Assembly (NCBI RefSeq): GCF_004010195.1
Contig: NW_025215381.1
Coordinates: forward strand, 20,037-84,036
Origin: Chiloscyllium plagiosum
Lineage: Eukaryota
Length of the DNA stretch: 64,000 nt
Reading direction: 5' to 3'
Part shown: positions 61,537-64,000 of the stretch, in pieces
How the letters are laid out: every line of letters begins with the position of its first letter
How positions within the stretch are numbered: position 1 is the stretch's first letter
Position numbers and translations under genes: made by a program
The notes under the pieces: model-generated
What the model was told of the DNA's origin: nothing
The model's input: the letters and a program-made list of their open reading frames with translations, nothing else
Databases searched by the model: none

Positions 61537-61905
61537 AAAAGCCACCATTTCGATTGGGACAACACATCTATCCTGGGACAGGCTAAGCAAAGGCATGCCA
61601 GAAAATTCCTAGAGGCATGGCACTCCAATCACAACGGCATAAACAAACACATAGATCTTGATGCCATCTATCAACCCCTCAGAAAATGAACAGGAAATGA
61701 CATCACCACAAACCCCAGGAACCCCATCCAGGAGAAAGATATAAATAGAAAACAGGAGACAACAGCTTCGCTTCACTTGGAGGTCGCCACTGATGATGCT
61801 ACCTAGCCAGGTAACGAAACGTCTGGATATCAAACCTACAGCTCAGCGAGCAAACCTACACCCGAAATCTCAACCTGAGCTACAAACCTTCACAAACCTT
61901 GCAAA
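61537..61905 (+). mobile_element. Penelope-like element 3' end nested in the CR1
   Basis: HHFDWDNTSILGQAKQRHARKFLEAWHSNHNGINKHIDLDAIYQPL; TSD agtgatggaaaa at 61525-61536 and 61906-61917. Confidence 0.9.
61787..61826 (+). ncRNA. minimal type I hammerhead ribozyme motif (PLE-type)
   Basis: CCA-CTGATGA-t-GcTACCT-agcc-AGGTAaC-GAAAC-GTC-TGG; GUC triplet. Confidence 0.78.
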
Positions 61906-64000
61906 AGTGATGGAAAAGGATAGACCAGATCTAAAAGTTGAAGTTCTAAATTGGAGAAAGGCCAATTTTGATGGTATTAGGCAAGAACTTTTGGAAGCTG
62001 ATTGGAGGCAGATGTTCGCAGGTAAAGGGATGGCTGGAAAATTGGAAGCCTTCAGAAATGAGATAACAAGAAACCAGAGAAAGTATACTCCTGTCGGGGT
62101 GAAAGGGAAGGGTGGTAGGTATGGGGAATGCTGGATGACTAAAGAAATTGAGTGTTTGGTTAAGAAAAAGAAGGAAGCATATGTCAGGTATAGACAGGAT
62201 AGATCGAGTGAATCCTTAGAAGAGTATAAAGAAAGTAGGAGTATACTTAAGAGGGAAATCAGGAGGGCAAAGCGGGGACATGAGATAGCGTTGGTAAATA
62301 GAATTAAGGAGAATCAAAAGGGTTTTTATAAATATATTAAGGACAAAAGGGTAACTAGAGAGAGAATAGGGCCCCTCAAAGACCAGCATGGCGGCGTTTG
62401 TGTGGAGCCACAGAAAATGGGGGAGATACTAAATGAATATTTTGCATCAGTACTTACTGTGGAAAAGGATATGGAAGATATAGACTGTAGGGAAATAGAT
62501 GGTGACATCTTGCAAAATGTCCAGATTACAGAGGATGTCTGGATGTCTTGAAATGGTTAAAGGTGGATTAATCCCCAGGACCTGATTAGGTGTACCCCAG
62601 AACTCAGTGGGAAGCTAGAGAAGTGATTGCTGGGCCTCTTGCTGAGATATTTGTATCATCAATAGTCACAAGTCAGGTGTTGGATGACTGGAGGTTGGTA
62701 AACGTGGTGCCACTGTTTAAGAAGGGCAATAAAGACAAGCCAGGGAACTACAGACCGGTGAGCCTGACCTCGGTGGTGGGCAAGTTGTTGGAGGGAATCC
62801 TGAGGGACAGGATGTACATGTATTTGGAAAGGCAAGGACTGATTCGGGATAGTCACCAAGACTTTGTGCGTGGGAAATCATGTCTCACAGACGTGATTGA
62901 GCTTTTTGAAGAAGTAACAAAGAAGATTGATGAGGGCAGAGCAGTAGATGTGATCCATATGGAATTCAGCAAGGCGTTCGACAAGGTTCCCCATGGGAGA
63001 CTGATTAGCAAGGTTAGATCTCATCGAATACAGGGAGAACTAGCCATTTGGATACAGAACTGGCTCAAAGGTAGAAGACAGAGAGTGGTGGTGGAGAGTT
63101 GTTTTTCAGACTGGAGGCCTGTGACCAGTGGAGTGCCACAAGGATCGGTGCTGGGTCCTCTATTTTTTGTCATTTACATAAATGATTTGGATGCAAGCGT
63201 AAGAGGTACAGTTAGTAAGTTTGCAGATGACACCAAAATTGGAGGTGTAGTGGACAGCGAAGAGGATTACCTCAGATTACAACAGGATATGGACCAGATG
63301 GGCCGATGGGCTGAGAAGTGGCAGATGGAGTTTGATTCAGATAAATGCGAGATGCTGTATTTTGGGAAAGCAAATCTTAGCAGGACTTATACACTTAATA
63401 TAAGGCCCAAGGGAGTGTTGCTGAACAAAGAGACCTTGGAGTGCAGGTTCACGGCTCCTTGAAAGTGGAGTCGCAGGGTGACAGGATAGTGAAGAAGGCG
63501 TTTGGTATGCTTTCCTTTATTGGTCTGAGTATTGAATGCAGGAGTTAGGAGGTCATGTCGCAGCTCTACAGGGCATTGGTTAGGCCACTGTTGGGATATT
63601 GCTTGCAATTCTGGTCACCTTCCTATCGGAAAGATGTTGTGAAACTTAAAAAGGGATCAGAAAAGATTTACAAGGATGTTGCCAGGGTTGGAGGATCTGA
63701 GCTACAGGAAGAGGCTGAACAGACTGCGTCTGTTTCCCCTGGAGTGTCGGAGGCTGAGGGGTGACTTTATAGAAGTTTACAAAATTATGAGAGGCATGGA
63801 TAGGATAAAGAGACAAAGTCTTTTCCCTGGTATTGGGGAGTCCAGAACTAGAGAGCATAGCTTTAGGGTGAGAGGGGAAAGATATAAAAGAGACCTAAGG
63901 GGCAACTTTTTCACACAGAGGGTGGTACATTTATAGAATGAGCTGCCAGAGGATGTGGTGGAGGCTGGGACAATTACAACATTTAAGAGGCATTTGGATG

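Larger units (their letters stand above)
60746..64000 (+). mobile_element. CR1/HER1-like LINE ORF2 (APE + RT), relatively young but frameshifted; runs off the window
   Basis: IAITETWL, GNFNF, ASDHN, GNYRPVSLTSVVGK, FSKAFDKVPH, GVPQGSVLGP, SKFADDTK. Confidence 0.95.

Noticed and set aside
60746..64000. Active CR1 ORF2
   Set aside because: Multiple frameshifts and stops plus a PLE insertion.

Overview
Repeat-dominated vertebrate genomic DNA, almost certainly from a cartilaginous fish (shark), judged from HE1-type V-SINEs and abundant CR1/HER1-like LINEs. There are four N gaps: 10258-10757, 13307-13611, 16745-16882 and 47758-48257. No complete host gene is present. Mobile content: many decayed CR1-clade LINE pieces, two head-to-tail Tx1-clade LINEs, one full-length decayed L1, a Rex1/Babar fragment, an ERV env-TM remnant with a probable 3' LTR, and Penelope-like elements (PLEs) of at least three families. 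Several PLE termini carry minimal hammerhead ribozyme motifs, three with an intact core, and one forms a TSD-flanked palindrome. Two satellites occur: an AT-rich ~27-bp one with an internal strand inversion, and a ~12.5 kb ~29-bp array. Host-derived traces are a 5' fragment of ANKFY1 flanked by 16-bp direct repeats, an orphan first coding exon of a GPR139/142-like GPCR with TATA box and splice donor, and an unassigned acidic-tailed ORF. All family assignments come from motif recognition by eye and recalled reference sequences, not searches. Boundaries of decayed repeats are approximate.
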